A DNA stretch of 64,000 bases, taken from positions 256,001-320,000 of the forward strand of contig JBDRCO010000087.1 of the NCBI GenBank assembly GCA_043821645.1, written 5' to 3'. Position 1 is the stretch's first letter. Each line of letters opens with the position of its first letter. Below the pieces are notes generated by a model. That model ran no database searches. It saw only the letters and a list, made by a program, of their open reading frames with translations, and had not been told where the DNA came from. This DNA is from Pseudomonadota bacterium. Its GTDB lineage: Bacteria; Myxococcota; JACRCW01; JAFGSX01. The translations under genes were made by a program, and so were the position numbers. Of the stretch, positions 31,689 to 42,150 are shown in pieces.

Positions 31689-33032
31689 ATGCCCATGTAC
31701 AACCTCGACAAGTTCATGACCGAGCTGGAGCAGCGCAACCCGTCGCAGCCCGAGTTCATCCAGGCCGCGCGCGAGGTCGTCGAGTCCATCATCGACGTGG
31801 TCAACCAGAACCCGGCCTACGTCGGCGGGCGCATCCTCGACCGCATCACCGAGCCTGACCGCGCCATCCTGTTCAAGGTGGAGTGGGAAGACGACAAGGG
31901 CGAGCTCCACGTCAACAAGGCCTACCGCGTGCAGTTCAACAACGCCCTGGGGCCCTACAAGGGCGGTTTGCGCTTTCATCCCTCGGTGACCCTGGGCGGG
32001 CTCAAGTTCCTGGGCTTCGAGCAGATCTTCAAGAACAGCCTGACCACCCTGCCCATGGGCGGCGGCAAGGGCGGCAGTGACTTCAACCCCAAGGGCAAGA
32101 GCGACGCCGAGATCATGCGCTTTTGCAACAGCTTCATGCGCGAGCTGCACCGCTACATAGGCCCCGAGATCGACGTGCCCGCCGGCGACATCGGCGTGGG
32201 TGGTCGCGAGATCGGGTTCCTGTACGGCGCCTGGAAGCGCAACACCAGCACCCACTGCGGCGTGCTCACCGGCAAGGGCATAGGCTGGGGCGGATCCCTG
32301 ATCCGGCCCGAGGCCACGGGCTTTGGCGCAGTGTACTACGCCGAGGAGATGCTCAAGCAGGCCAAGGACAAGCTGGCCGGCAAGAAGATCGCCATCTCGG
32401 GCTTCGGCAACGTGAGCTGGGGTGTGGCCATCAAGGCCAGCCAGCTCGGTGCCAGGGTGGTCACCCTGAGCGGTCCCGACGGCTACGTGCTCGACGAAAA
32501 TGGCGTGGGCACCGAGGAGAAGTGGAACTACATGCTGGAGCTGCGCGCCAGCAACAACGACGAGGTTGCGCCCTACGCCAAGAAGTTCGGCGCCACCTTC
32601 GTGCCCAGCAAGAAGCCCTGGGAGGTGCCGGTGGACATGGCCTTCCCCTGCGCCATCCAGAACGAGCTCGACGACAAGGACGCCGAGCTGCTGATCAAGA
32701 ATGGCTGCAAGTACGCCATCGAGACCAGCAACATGGGCTGCACCGCCAAGGCGGTTACCGCCTTCCACAAGGCCCGCATCCTGTTCGCGCCAGGCAAGGC
32801 CGCCAACGCCGGAGGCGTCGCGGTGAGCGGCCTCGAGATGAGCCAGAACGGCATGAAGCTGGCCTGGACCGCCGACGAGGTGGACCAGAAGCTCAAGCAC
32901 ATCATGACCAGCATCCACGCCGCGGGCGTCCAGTACGGCCTGCAGAAGGACGGCTACATCGACTACGTCAAGGGCTCCAACATCGCCGGCTTCATCAAGG
33001 TCGCCGACGCGATGCTGGACATGGGCTACTGA
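31689..33032 (+). CDS. gdhA: Glutamate dehydrogenase (GdhA family)
   Basis: GPYKGGLRFHP, GGGKGGSDF, RPEATGFG, ANAGGV. Confidence 0.97.
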   Translation: MPMYNLDKFMTELEQRNPSQPEFIQAAREVVESIIDVVNQNPAYVGGRILDRITEPDRAILFKVEWEDDKGELHVNKAYRVQFNNALGPYKGGLRFHPSVTLGGLKFLGFEQIFKNSLTTLPMGGGKGGSDFNPKGKSDAEIMRFCNSFMRELHRYIGPEIDVPAGDIGVGGREIGFLYGAWKRNTSTHCGVLTGKGIGWGGSLIRPEATGFGAVYYAEEMLKQAKDKLAGKKIAISGFGNVSWGVAIKASQLGARVVTLSGPDGYVLDENGVGTEEKWNYMLELRASNNDEVAPYAKKFGATFVPSKKPWEVPVDMAFPCAIQNELDDKDAELLIKNGCKYAIETSNMGCTAKAVTAFHKARILFAPGKAANAGGVAVSGLEMSQNGMKLAWTADEVDQKLKHIMTSIHAAGVQYGLQKDGYIDYVKGSNIAGFIKVADAMLDMGY

Positions 33033-33037
33033 TGCCG

Positions 33038-33143
33038 AGGGGCGTTCGGCACGCCCCTCCCCCGCTGGAGTGAATCCAGCGGGGCCCCCACCCTGGCAGC
33101 GCTATCAAGGACACCTCGCTCCCTGAGGTCGCTCAGTGCTGTC
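33038..33143 (+). repeat. Two-hairpin intergenic repeat, long form
   Basis: aggggcgt-TCGGC-acgcccct; cccgctgga-GTGAA-tccagcggg; 3' extension shared with the 49511 copy. Confidence 0.8.
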
Positions 33144-33234
33144 GTCATCGGGTGACGGGAGCACGGGATTCATTCATGCTAGCAAGATGCCGCGGTTTGC
33201 GGCACTCATCCTAGACACGGTTGGCGCTGACACC

Positions 33235-36225
33235 ATGGTCTCCTACAACCTCGCCTACGTCACGGACCGCTACTACTTTGACGACGAGCCCTTTGACTCG
33301 TTGATGCAGAACCGCATCATCGAGGTGCTGCTGATCTGCAGCCAGTATGACCGCTTCATGCTCGAGGAGGATGGCCGCATCGAGGAGCAGCTGTTTCAGG
33401 AATACGTCTCGCTGGGCTTGCGCTACCCGCCGCGCTTCACCGACGCCGGCACTCCCGAGGCCGCCTTCGAGCAGCTCGAGAAGCGCAAGTTTGACCTCGT
33501 CATCACCATGCTCAACGCCGGCGAGACCCAGGCCCTGGACCTGGGGCGTGAGATCAAGGACCGCTATCCCGACACCCCCATCGTGGTGCTGACCCGCTTC
33601 TCGCGCGATGTCTCGTTGCAGCTCGAGGAGCAGGACCTGAGCTTCGTGGACTACGTGTTCAGCTGGCTCGGCAACGCCAGCATCCTGCTCGCCATCGTCA
33701 AGCTGCTCGAGGACAGGCTCAACGTCGAGCACGATGTGGACCTGGTGGGTGTGCAGACCATCATCCTGGTCGAGAACTCGGTTCGCTACTACTCGAGCTA
33801 CCTGCCCACCATCTACCGCAGCCTGTTCTTGCAGGCGCGCGAGATCATGGCCGAGGGCCTCAACGAGCATCAGCAAACCCTGCGCATGCGCGGGCGCCCC
33901 AAGATCCTGCTCGCCACCGACTACGAGGAGGCGATCACCCTGTACCAGCGCTTCCGCAAGAACCTGCTGGGAGTGATCTCGGACATCGCCTATCACCGCG
34001 GCGGCGAGCTGGACCACCAGGCCGGCCTGGCCCTGTGCAGGCACATCCGTGCCACCGATCCCGAGTGCCCCATCCTGCTGCAGTCGTCGCAACCGCAGAT
34101 GGCCGTCGAGGCCAGGCGCCACAACGCGGCGTTCATTTACAAGCATTCGACCCACCTGCTCAACGACCTGCGCGACTACATCCGCAACAACTACGGCTTC
34201 GGCGACTTCGTGTTTCGCATGCCCGGGTCCATGGATGAGATCGACCGGGCCCGCAATCTGGTGGAGCTGCAGCGGAAGTTGCGGGTGGTGGCTTCCGAGT
34301 CGGTTCGCTACCACGTGTCCAATCACCACTTCAGCAAGTGGCTCAAGGCGCGAGCCCTGTACAGCCTGGCCCGGGTGGTGCGTCCCAAGACCATCCAGGA
34401 CTTCGAGACCGTGGAGTCGGTGCGCGACTTCATCGTCGACACCATCAAGAACTACCGCCTGCACGTCGGACGCGGCGTCATCGCCCAGTACGACCGCAAC
34501 AAGTACGACGAGTACTCGGTGTTCCAGCGCATCGGCCGGGGTTCGCTGGGAGGCAAGGCCCGTGGCATCGCCTTCATCAACACCTTCCTCAAGCGCCAGC
34601 GCATCATGTTTCGCTTCGATCGGGTGGCAGTGCAGATCCCCAAGACCGTGGTCCTGGCCACCGACGTGTTCGAGCGCTTCATGGACATGAACGACCTGTA
34701 CGAGCTGGCCCTGTCGGATCGCGACGACGCCGAGATCCTGCAGGCCTTTTTGAAGGCGCGGCTACCCGACGATGTCACCGATGACCTTCGCTTCATCACC
34801 CAGGTGATTCACAACCCCCTGGCCGTGCGCTCCTCGAGCCTTCTCGAGGATTCGTACTTCCAACCCTTCGCGGGGATCTACGCCACCTACTTCGTGCCCA
34901 ACACCAACCCCGACATCGAGGTGCGCCTGCGGCACCTGTCAGACGCCATCAAGGGGGTCTACGCCTCGACCTACTACCGGGACAGCAAGAGCTACGCCCA
35001 GGCGACCCATAACCTCGTCGACGAGGAGCAGATGGCCGTGATCATCCAGGAGGTCACGGGCAAGGTGCACGGTCCGCTGTTCTACCCCACGCTGTCGGGT
35101 GTGGCGCGCTCGCTCAACTTCTACCCGATGGAGCGCGAGCGTACCGACGAGGGCGTGGTCAACGTGGCTCTGGGTCTGGGCAAGACCATCGTCGACGGTG
35201 GCGTCAGTCTGCGCTTTTCACCCGCGCATCCGAAGAAGATCTTGCAGCTCAGCGATACCGACCTGGCTCTCAAGAGCACGCAGCAGCAGTTCTGGGCCAT
35301 CAACCTCGACGACACGAACTACCAGGTCACGACCGATCAGGCGACCGGGCTCGCACACGTGGATGTCAAGGATGCTGCCGGGGAGACCTCGACCCAGCTT
35401 CTCTGGTCCACCTACGATTTCCAGAACCACGTGTTGCGCGATGCTCCCAGCTTGACGGGACGCAAGGTGCTGACCTTTGCTCCCATTCTCAAGTACGACA
35501 TGTTCCCCCTGGCCGAGATCCTTCAAACCTTGCTCGACGTCGGTCAGCAGCAGATGAACGTGCCCGTCGAGATCGAGTTCGCGGTGGAGCTGGACCCACC
35601 GTCCGGCCTGCCGCTGGCGTTCAAGTTTTTGCAGATCCGACCCATCGTCGAGGGTCTCGAGAACGAGGTGGTCCGCCTCGACGGTGTGGCGGCGGAGGAC
35701 TGCATCGTGCAGGCCCAGACTGCCCTGGGCAACGGGATCTACGACGACCTTCTCGATCTGGTGTACGTCAAACCAAGTGGTTTCAACCTGGCCCTGACCC
35801 CGCGCATCGTCGACAGTATCGAGATGGTCAACACGCAGATGGTGCAGGAGAAGCGCGGCTACGTGCTCATCGGTCCCGGGCGCTGGGGTTCGACCGATCC
35901 CTGGCTCGGGATCCCGGTGAAGTGGTCCAACATCACGCAAGCTCGCATCATCATCGAGGCTGGCCTGAAGAGCTTCTGGGTCGAGCCGAGCCAGGGTTCC
36001 CACTTCTTCCAGAACCTGACCTCGTTCAGGGTGGCTTCGCTGACCATCAACCCGGCCTTCAACGATGGCAGCTACGATCTGGAATACCTCGACGCGCAGC
36101 CTGCCCTGTTCGAGGACGAATTCGTGCGCCACCTGCGCTTTGACTCGCCGATGCTGGCGAAGGTCGACGGGCGCCAAGGCTCGGGGGGGATCAAGGCCGT
36201 GCTGCTCAAGCCCGGTCGGGGATGA
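33235..36225 (+). CDS. PEP/pyruvate-binding (PPDK_N-type ATP-grasp) protein with N-terminal receiver-like domains
   Basis: FDLVITML and LGVISD receiver-like strands; GSLGGKARG; PLAVRSSSLLEDS; GPGRWGS. Confidence 0.85.
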   Translation: MVSYNLAYVTDRYYFDDEPFDSLMQNRIIEVLLICSQYDRFMLEEDGRIEEQLFQEYVSLGLRYPPRFTDAGTPEAAFEQLEKRKFDLVITMLNAGETQALDLGREIKDRYPDTPIVVLTRFSRDVSLQLEEQDLSFVDYVFSWLGNASILLAIVKLLEDRLNVEHDVDLVGVQTIILVENSVRYYSSYLPTIYRSLFLQAREIMAEGLNEHQQTLRMRGRPKILLATDYEEAITLYQRFRKNLLGVISDIAYHRGGELDHQAGLALCRHIRATDPECPILLQSSQPQMAVEARRHNAAFIYKHSTHLLNDLRDYIRNNYGFGDFVFRMPGSMDEIDRARNLVELQRKLRVVASESVRYHVSNHHFSKWLKARALYSLARVVRPKTIQDFETVESVRDFIVDTIKNYRLHVGRGVIAQYDRNKYDEYSVFQRIGRGSLGGKARGIAFINTFLKRQRIMFRFDRVAVQIPKTVVLATDVFERFMDMNDLYELALSDRDDAEILQAFLKARLPDDVTDDLRFITQVIHNPLAVRSSSLLEDSYFQPFAGIYATYFVPNTNPDIEVRLRHLSDAIKGVYASTYYRDSKSYAQATHNLVDEEQMAVIIQEVTGKVHGPLFYPTLSGVARSLNFYPMERERTDEGVVNVALGLGKTIVDGGVSLRFSPAHPKKILQLSDTDLALKSTQQQFWAINLDDTNYQVTTDQATGLAHVDVKDAAGETSTQLLWSTYDFQNHVLRDAPSLTGRKVLTFAPILKYDMFPLAEILQTLLDVGQQQMNVPVEIEFAVELDPPSGLPLAFKFLQIRPIVEGLENEVVRLDGVAAEDCIVQAQTALGNGIYDDLLDLVYVKPSGFNLALTPRIVDSIEMVNTQMVQEKRGYVLIGPGRWGSTDPWLGIPVKWSNITQARIIIEAGLKSFWVEPSQGSHFFQNLTSFRVASLTINPAFNDGSYDLEYLDAQPALFEDEFVRHLRFDSPMLAKVDGRQGSGGIKAVLLKPGRG

Positions 36226-36403
36226 GCGCCAGGCATGGCTGCCGCGCCGCCTCAGCCTGGAGCGAGGCTCTCTCGCTGCCGACGCTGGAGGGCTGTCATC
36301 CTGTGGCGGACGGACATCGCCTGCCTTGCCCGGAGGGCCGCCACGCGGTAGCGTAGAACGCCGTCCGACGACACGAAACGCACCTCGCCGGGGAAGCGCA
36401 GAG

Positions 36404-38761
36404 ATGCATCTGGTCGAGTTCATAGTGCAGGGCGTACGGCAGTTCCCGTCCACCCTGCGGCTTTCCCTGACGCCGGGATACAACGCGCTGTTCTCGGCGC
36501 CGGACGGCCGCGCCGAGGTCCTGTTCAAGGTCCTGCACGCCCTGTTCTACCAACCTGCCCTCGACGGCAAGCGAGCCGATCTGGTGGAGCCAGGTGCCCA
36601 GGTGTCGCGGGGTGGGGTGACGCTGGTGGGGCGCGATGGCCGGAGCTACCGCCTGCTGCGCGACTTTCTGGCCGGCGCAGTCTCGCTCTCCGTCGACAAC
36701 GGGCAGGGCGCCTTCACCACCCTGTCCTCCACGGGCCAGGAAGTGGAGCAGTTGCTCAGCGCCCAGGTTGGTCTGGTCAGCGAGGATGTCTATCGCGTGC
36801 TGCTGTCAACGGCTCTGTCCGACATGCCCTCACGGGCCACGGTCGGACCGATAGCGGGGCTCGTTCCAGCTGGCGCAGCACCCAGCATGATGCCCGGGGC
36901 AGCACCTGGCATGATGCCCGGGGCGGGCCCGGGTATGGTTCCTGGAGGCTATCCACCCGGCATGCAGGGATACCCACCGGGGCCGCCGAGCTATCCCGGG
37001 GCCATCCCCCCTGGCATGGGGCCGTCGAGTTACCCAGGAACCATACCTCCGGGAATGGGGCCGCCGAGCTATCCCGGGGCCATGGCGCCCGGCATGGGCC
37101 CCCCAAGCTATCCCGGAGCAGTCGCCAATCCCTACGCCCAGCCCGCGGGGCCTGGCGCCTACTGGGGACAGGCACCCGTGAGCCCCTTCGCCCACCTGAG
37201 CGAGGATGAAAAGCGAGCCAAGCTGACGGAACTGCAGCAGCACCGCAAGTCGGCCGACGCCCTGCGCAGCATGGAATTCGAGGTCGATGGCTTGCAGCGG
37301 CGCAAGTTCGAGATCGAGGACGAGTTGCGTCCCTTCCGCGACGCCATGCAGCTGCTCGACGACGCTCGTGCCAAGCTGCAGCCCTTCGTCGACATCGAGG
37401 ACATTCCACCCGATTTCATCAACAAGCTGGACTGGTTCCGGCGTGAGCAGCAAAAGCGCGATCAGAACATCAAGACCCTGGACACCGAGTTTCGTCGCGA
37501 GCGCGCCCTGCTGGCCCGGGGTACCCCCAGACCCTTGCTCAAGGAGCCCCTGTTTCTTGGTGGCCTGGCGGGCGGAGTGCTCGCCTTTGGACTCGGAACG
37601 ATGCTCGCACGCAGTGTCGATCCGGCCATGTGGTGGATCGCCCTGCTCGACACCGTGGGCTTCGGGGCCGCAGGACTTGTCCTCCTGCGCCGCATCAGCG
37701 ACGACGAAGCCAAGGGCGACACGGCGCGTGCGGAGCGCAAGCTCGACGAGCGCAAGAGCCGGGTGCTGAATCGCTTCGAGTTGGACACCACGGCCGTGCG
37801 CAAGATCTTGCTCAGGCACAACGTGGATCAGGACGAGCTGGACCCCCTGGAGATCCGCCTGAATCGGCGTCTCGAGACCCTGCAGGAGATCGCCAGCGCC
37901 GAGGTGGCGCTGCACGGCATCGAGGGCCAGTCCGGGATCGATGCCATTGCCCTCAACGAGGAGCTGCACCAGCTGGAGCAGCAGGTCGCCCAGGCCGAGG
38001 ACCACCTCGCCAAGGCCGGCGCGGTACAGGTGGACATGGCCGAGCTGACCAGCCAGATCCACCAGCTCGAGGCGGAGCTTGGCGTCAAGGACGACGGCGA
38101 CGATGCACCCGCAACCCTGGGCTATGACCCGGGCTACGGGGGCAGCGGACCGGACCAGGGTGGTGGAGTGCCGCCCATCCAGGCCTCGGCCAACGACTCT
38201 GGACCCGGGTGGCGCTGCGCGGCGGGTGATGACGGCTATGGCATGGGCGGCACGGGGGATGCGGACGATTACGGCGGAGGTGGTGGAGCCCCCCCGGCAC
38301 CTCCTGCTGCCGCGGTGGTGATAGACCAGAGCCGACTGATCATGGAAAAGGCGGACAGTCTGTTCTGTACGGGCATCGCCGCTCTGGGGGCGCGGGTCTC
38401 GGCGCGCCTGGTGCAGTTCCTCGGTGCCTTCACCGAGCAACGCTTCAGCGGTGTGCAGTTTGGCGAACGCGGGGACCTGTCACTCATCGAGGCGCAGAGC
38501 GGGCGTGCCGTTCCCTTCCTGATGCTAGCTCCACCTGACCGCGACGTGGCCTATCTGTGCCTCAAGTTCACCCTGCTCGAAGCCCACGTTCAGCTGTCGC
38601 CGATCCCGGCCATCCTCAACGATCCCTTCGTGGCCCTGGCCGAGCTGAGGCATCCCCTGGCCATGAAGATGTTGCAGTTCATCTCCACGCAGATGCAGAT
38701 CGTGCACCTCACCTCACTGGAAGCCCTGGCCCCCGAGGGCGCGGGCCGTATCCCACTGTGA
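36404..38761 (+). CDS. SMC/Rad50/YhaN-like coiled-coil protein with degenerate ATPase motifs, two TM helices and Pro/Gly/Tyr repeats
   Basis: N-terminal ..[14 protein letters not shown] head strands; coiled coils; C-terminal PAILNDPF Walker-B-like motif. Confidence 0.7.
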   Translation: MHLVEFIVQGVRQFPSTLRLSLTPGYNALFSAPDGRAEVLFKVLHALFYQPALDGKRADLVEPGAQVSRGGVTLVGRDGRSYRLLRDFLAGAVSLSVDNGQGAFTTLSSTGQEVEQLLSAQVGLVSEDVYRVLLSTALSDMPSRATVGPIAGLVPAGAAPSMMPGAAPGMMPGAGPGMVPGGYPPGMQGYPPGPPSYPGAIPPGMGPSSYPGTIPPGMGPPSYPGAMAPGMGPPSYPGAVANPYAQPAGPGAYWGQAPVSPFAHLSEDEKRAKLTELQQHRKSADALRSMEFEVDGLQRRKFEIEDELRPFRDAMQLLDDARAKLQPFVDIEDIPPDFINKLDWFRREQQKRDQNIKTLDTEFRRERALLARGTPRPLLKEPLFLGGLAGGVLAFGLGTMLARSVDPAMWWIALLDTVGFGAAGLVLLRRISDDEAKGDTARAERKLDERKSRVLNRFELDTTAVRKILLRHNVDQDELDPLEIRLNRRLETLQEIASAEVALHGIEGQSGIDAIALNEELHQLEQQVAQAEDHLAKAGAVQVDMAELTSQIHQLEAELGVKDDGDDAPATLGYDPGYGGSGPDQGGGVPPIQASANDSGPGWRCAAGDDGYGMGGTGDADDYGGGGGAPPAPPAAAVVIDQSRLIMEKADSLFCTGIAALGARVSARLVQFLGAFTEQRFSGVQFGERGDLSLIEAQSGRAVPFLMLAPPDRDVAYLCLKFTLLEAHVQLSPIPAILNDPFVALAELRHPLAMKMLQFISTQMQIVHLTSLEALAPEGAGRIPL
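36875..37125 (+). repeat. In-frame tandem repeats: 3x 8 aa (A(A/G)PxMxPG) and about 4x 13 aa ([13 protein letters not shown])
   Basis: Read directly from the translation; 24-nt and 39-nt periodicity. Confidence 0.85.
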
Positions 38762-39447
38762 CGGCAGATGCTCAGCTCGTGCTTTCGATGCCCGTGCGGC
38801 GTGGGCATCGGGTCGGGCTGACGACGGACGCCGCCTGCGATCCGGGGCTGCGCTGGGCTGCCGATCAGCAGCTCACCCGGGTGGCCGGGGTCGATGAGGC
38901 GGGGCGTGGTCCCCTGGCTGGTCCAGTGGCGGTGGCGGCGGTGGTCCTGGACCCTGCACGTCCCGTCGAAGGCCTCGACGACTCGAAGAAGCTCAGCCCG
39001 GCTGCCCGCGAGGCTCTGGCCGCGCTGGTGCGCGAGCGCGCCCTGGGCTGGGTGGTGGAGTTTGCCGAGGTGGACGAGATAGACGCCCACAACATCTTGC
39101 GCGCGACCCTGCGCGCCATGGTCCGAGCGACCCGGGCTCTGCAGCCGCCGTGTGATGGCGTGCTGATCGATGGCAACCAGCGCCTGGAGCTCGAGCTGCC
39201 ACAGCTCACGCTGGTGGGTGGCGATGGCCTGTCTGCACCCATCGCGGCCGCCTCCATCCTCGCCAAGACCGCGCGCGACGCGCGCATGCGTGCACTGGAT
39301 ATCGAGTATCCAGGGTATGACTTCGCACGCCACAAGGGCTATGGCACGGCCCTGCACCTGGATGCGCTGCGCCGCCTCGGACCCTGTCCCCAGCATCGCC
39401 GCAGCTTCGCCCCGGTCCGCGCGGCCCTGGAGGGTCGGGGTGGTTGA
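38758..39447 (+). CDS. rnhB: Ribonuclease HII (start 38758 or 38788)
   Basis: [43 protein letters not shown]. Confidence 0.96.
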   Translation: MTADAQLVLSMPVRRGHRVGLTTDAACDPGLRWAADQQLTRVAGVDEAGRGPLAGPVAVAAVVLDPARPVEGLDDSKKLSPAAREALAALVRERALGWVVEFAEVDEIDAHNILRATLRAMVRATRALQPPCDGVLIDGNQRLELELPQLTLVGGDGLSAPIAAASILAKTARDARMRALDIEYPGYDFARHKGYGTALHLDALRRLGPCPQHRRSFAPVRAALEGRGG

Positions 39448-39817
39448 TGCCCGTCACCGTCGAGGTGCGGATGGCGAGGACGCCGCCGTGGCCGAGCTTC
39501 AGCGCCGAGGCTACCGCCTGATCGAGCGTAACTTTCGTTGCCGCGCCGGCGAGATCGACATCGTGGCCGAGCACGAGGACGCCCTGTGTTTCGTGGAGGT
39601 CCGTACGCGGAGGCAGGGCGCCATGGTGGACGGCCTGGCCTCGGTGGACCACCGCAAGCGTGGTCGGCTGATCCGGGCTGCGCAGTACTACTGCCTGGTA
39701 CGCAGCGTGGGGGAGCGTGCCATGCGCTTCGACGTGGTCAGCGTGCGCGCCCTGAACGCCGGTGGCTTCGACGCCGAGCTCATCCGCAACGCCTTTGACG
39801 CGGGAGGCCTTCCTTGA
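39440..39817 (+). CDS. YraN family protein (UPF0102)
   Basis: [19 protein letters not shown]. Confidence 0.92.
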   Translation: MVDARHRRGADGEDAAVAELQRRGYRLIERNFRCRAGEIDIVAEHEDALCFVEVRTRRQGAMVDGLASVDHRKRGRLIRAAQYYCLVRSVGERAMRFDVVSVRALNAGGFDAELIRNAFDAGGLP

Positions 39818-40662
39818 CAGAGCGCGGGACCCTGTTTCTCGTCGCCACGCCCATCGGGCACCTGGGTGATATCTCCGAGCGCGCCCGGGACATCCTGGGC
39901 CGTGTCGACGTGGTCGCGGCCGAGGACACGCGGCGCACACGGCAGCTGCTCAGCCACCTGGGCCTGCGCAAGAAACTGATCTCGGTACACGGCCACAACG
40001 AGGTCGGACGTATCGCAGCCCTGCAGGCCGTGCTCTCACAGGGTCAGGACATCGCCCTGGTGTCCGACGGCGGCACTCCTCTGATCTCGGATCCCGGCGA
40101 GAAGGTCGTGGCAGCCCTGGCAGAGGATGGTTTCGACGTGGTGAGCGTGCCTGGTCCCTGCGCGGCCATCGTCGCGCTCACGGTGTCGGGCTTGCCCGCG
40201 GATCGCTTCACCTTCGTTGGCTTTCCACCGCGGACGCCCAAGAAAGCCGATGAGGCCATCGAGGCTCTGGTCGCCACACCCGGGACCCTGATCTTCTACG
40301 AGTCGCCACGGCGCACCACGGTGCTGCTCGACCGCCTGCTCGCCAAGCTCGGCGACCGGCGTGCCGTGCTGTGCCGCGAGCTGACCAAGCTGCACGAGGA
40401 GGTGGTGCGCGGCACGCTGAGCAGCCTGCGCCTGCGCACCGAGCAGGGCCTGCTCGGTGAGATCGTGGTCCTGGTCGAGGGTGCCGCTGCGGTCCGCGCG
40501 ACCCAGGCCGTCGACGTGCCCCGGGTCGAGGCCCAGCTCAAGGACGGCGAGCGCCCCCGGGACATCGCCCGCGAGCTGGCGCGGCGCAGTGGCCTGTCGT
40601 CGCGTGCGGCCTATGCCAAGGTGCTGGCGGTGAAGGCGAGGATGGAAGGCGGCAGTACCTAG
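39814..40662 (+). CDS. rsmI: 16S rRNA C1402 2'-O-methyltransferase
   Basis: LVATPIG, AEDTR, DGGTPLISDPG, YESPRR, RELTKLHEE. Confidence 0.96.
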   Translation: MTERGTLFLVATPIGHLGDISERARDILGRVDVVAAEDTRRTRQLLSHLGLRKKLISVHGHNEVGRIAALQAVLSQGQDIALVSDGGTPLISDPGEKVVAALAEDGFDVVSVPGPCAAIVALTVSGLPADRFTFVGFPPRTPKKADEAIEALVATPGTLIFYESPRRTTVLLDRLLAKLGDRRAVLCRELTKLHEEVVRGTLSSLRLRTEQGLLGEIVVLVEGAAAVRATQAVDVPRVEAQLKDGERPRDIARELARRSGLSSRAAYAKVLAVKARMEGGST

Positions 40663-42035
40663 AAGGTCAACGCCAGGTGTGCTGCGGCCATGATGACCAG
40701 GGTCTCCTCGATGCGCAGTCGGCGTCCCGGGGTGTCGATGACAGGATCGAAGTAGCGGTTCCCCTCGTAAGCGTCGCGATCGATGAGATTGTCTGGTGGA
40801 TCGCCCGCGTTGATGCCGTGGTCGTCGAGCTGCAGGATGCCATTGCCATCGCGGTCGGTGCCGATCTTCTCGCCCGTGATCAGGTGGTTGGTGTCGGTGC
40901 CGACATCCACACCCACGTCGAACTTCACGAATCGTGCGGCGCTGAACGAGAAGCCCACGTGCCCCAGCAGGGTGGCGTACTGATCCCGCAGGGTCACCTC
41001 GTTGAGCATGTCGCTCAGCTCCGAGTAGGTGCGCTGCTGTGCGTTGTAGATGCCTGTGCCGTGCAGATCGATGGCGAAGCGCTGGGCCAGGGACTTGTTC
41101 TCGTAGGGCACCACCTCGACGCCGGCGGTGATGCCTCCGCGGTAGAGGTTGGCGGTGGCGTACTCGCCACGCATGCCCTCGACGGTGCTGCTCCCCGGGA
41201 CGCCGAAGGTGAAGAACACGTTGGTGTAGGGCTCGAGTACGGCGTAGCGCCGCGAGAAGGCCGTGGACCAGGTGAACTGATGCAGGCCAAGGCCCACGCC
41301 GCCAGGGTTGCTGTCGCTGGCGGTCTCCAGCGGGTTCATGACCTTGCCGGTGGGGATGGTGTAGCGAAACTTGAGCACCCAGTTCGGCTGGCTGGGCGAG
41401 CGCTCCTGGTTGAGCGGTCCCCAGGCCAGGCCCACGGACATGTCGCCAAAGCCGATGAGGTTACCGAAGCCGCCGCGCACCGACTTGAACTGCCCGTTTT
41501 CGGGGTTGGAGTCGAACAGGTCCCAGACCGAGTCGCTGTCTATCACCGGGTAGCCCGAGGTCGAGCCGCTCAAGGTGTTGCGCTGGTCGGGCATGGTCGG
41601 GTCGCAGAAGGTCGGGCGTGGGCTGCCAAAGCGGCAGCGATCCGCCGCCAGGGTGGAGTAGCCGTCGCCGTTGTTCTGCGCCGGGTCGGTACCCCGCACG
41701 CCGGTCTGGAAGCGTCCCGAGCGCTGGTCGTAAATGACCAGGGGGAAATCGGCGAACAGCGCCAGGTCGTGCCACACACCCACCTGCAGCATGGGCGCCA
41801 TGGTGTGGGTCATCTGCTGGTAGTCCAGCTCCTTGACCAGCAGGGTGCTGCCGTTCTGGGCCGACTCCCGGGTGATCTTCGCGGTGCGGTACTCGAAGTT
41901 GTAGAGCACCTCGATGTTGGCGTCGAAGGGATCGTCGCCGTCGGCAGCGTCGATGACGTCGGTGATGTCGGCGGCGTTGAGTGTGACGGGGATAAGCGCC
42001 AGCGCGATGGCGGTGATGAGGTTGCGCAGGTGCAT
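40659..42035 (-). CDS. Exported protein, probable outer-membrane beta-barrel of unknown function
   Basis: Signal peptide, alternating beta strands, terminal Phe (HLALTF). Confidence 0.6.
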   Translation of the reverse strand: MHLRNLITAIALALIPVTLNAADITDVIDAADGDDPFDANIEVLYNFEYRTAKITRESAQNGSTLLVKELDYQQMTHTMAPMLQVGVWHDLALFADFPLVIYDQRSGRFQTGVRGTDPAQNNGDGYSTLAADRCRFGSPRPTFCDPTMPDQRNTLSGSTSGYPVIDSDSVWDLFDSNPENGQFKSVRGGFGNLIGFGDMSVGLAWGPLNQERSPSQPNWVLKFRYTIPTGKVMNPLETASDSNPGGVGLGLHQFTWSTAFSRRYAVLEPYTNVFFTFGVPGSSTVEGMRGEYATANLYRGGITAGVEVVPYENKSLAQRFAIDLHGTGIYNAQQRTYSELSDMLNEVTLRDQYATLLGHVGFSFSAARFVKFDVGVDVGTDTNHLITGEKIGTDRDGNGILQLDDHGINAGDPPDNLIDRDAYEGNRYFDPVIDTPGRRLRIEETLVIMAAAHLALTF

Positions 42036-42150
42036 GTCCGGGCTCCCTGGTGGTCGGTAGCGTGGTGAGAGTCCGCTTGGACCCTGCGCCAACCGCACCG
42101 AAATTCCTGCGATTTGACGACGAGAACGCTAGACCGGGGTGGTCGGCGTG

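Noticed and set aside
36065-36403. N-terminal extensions in the ORF track (also 2220, 4129, 17185, 19339, 22929, 50416, 54678)
   Set aside because: They overlap upstream genes or repeats; downstream starts fit RBS and family N-termini better
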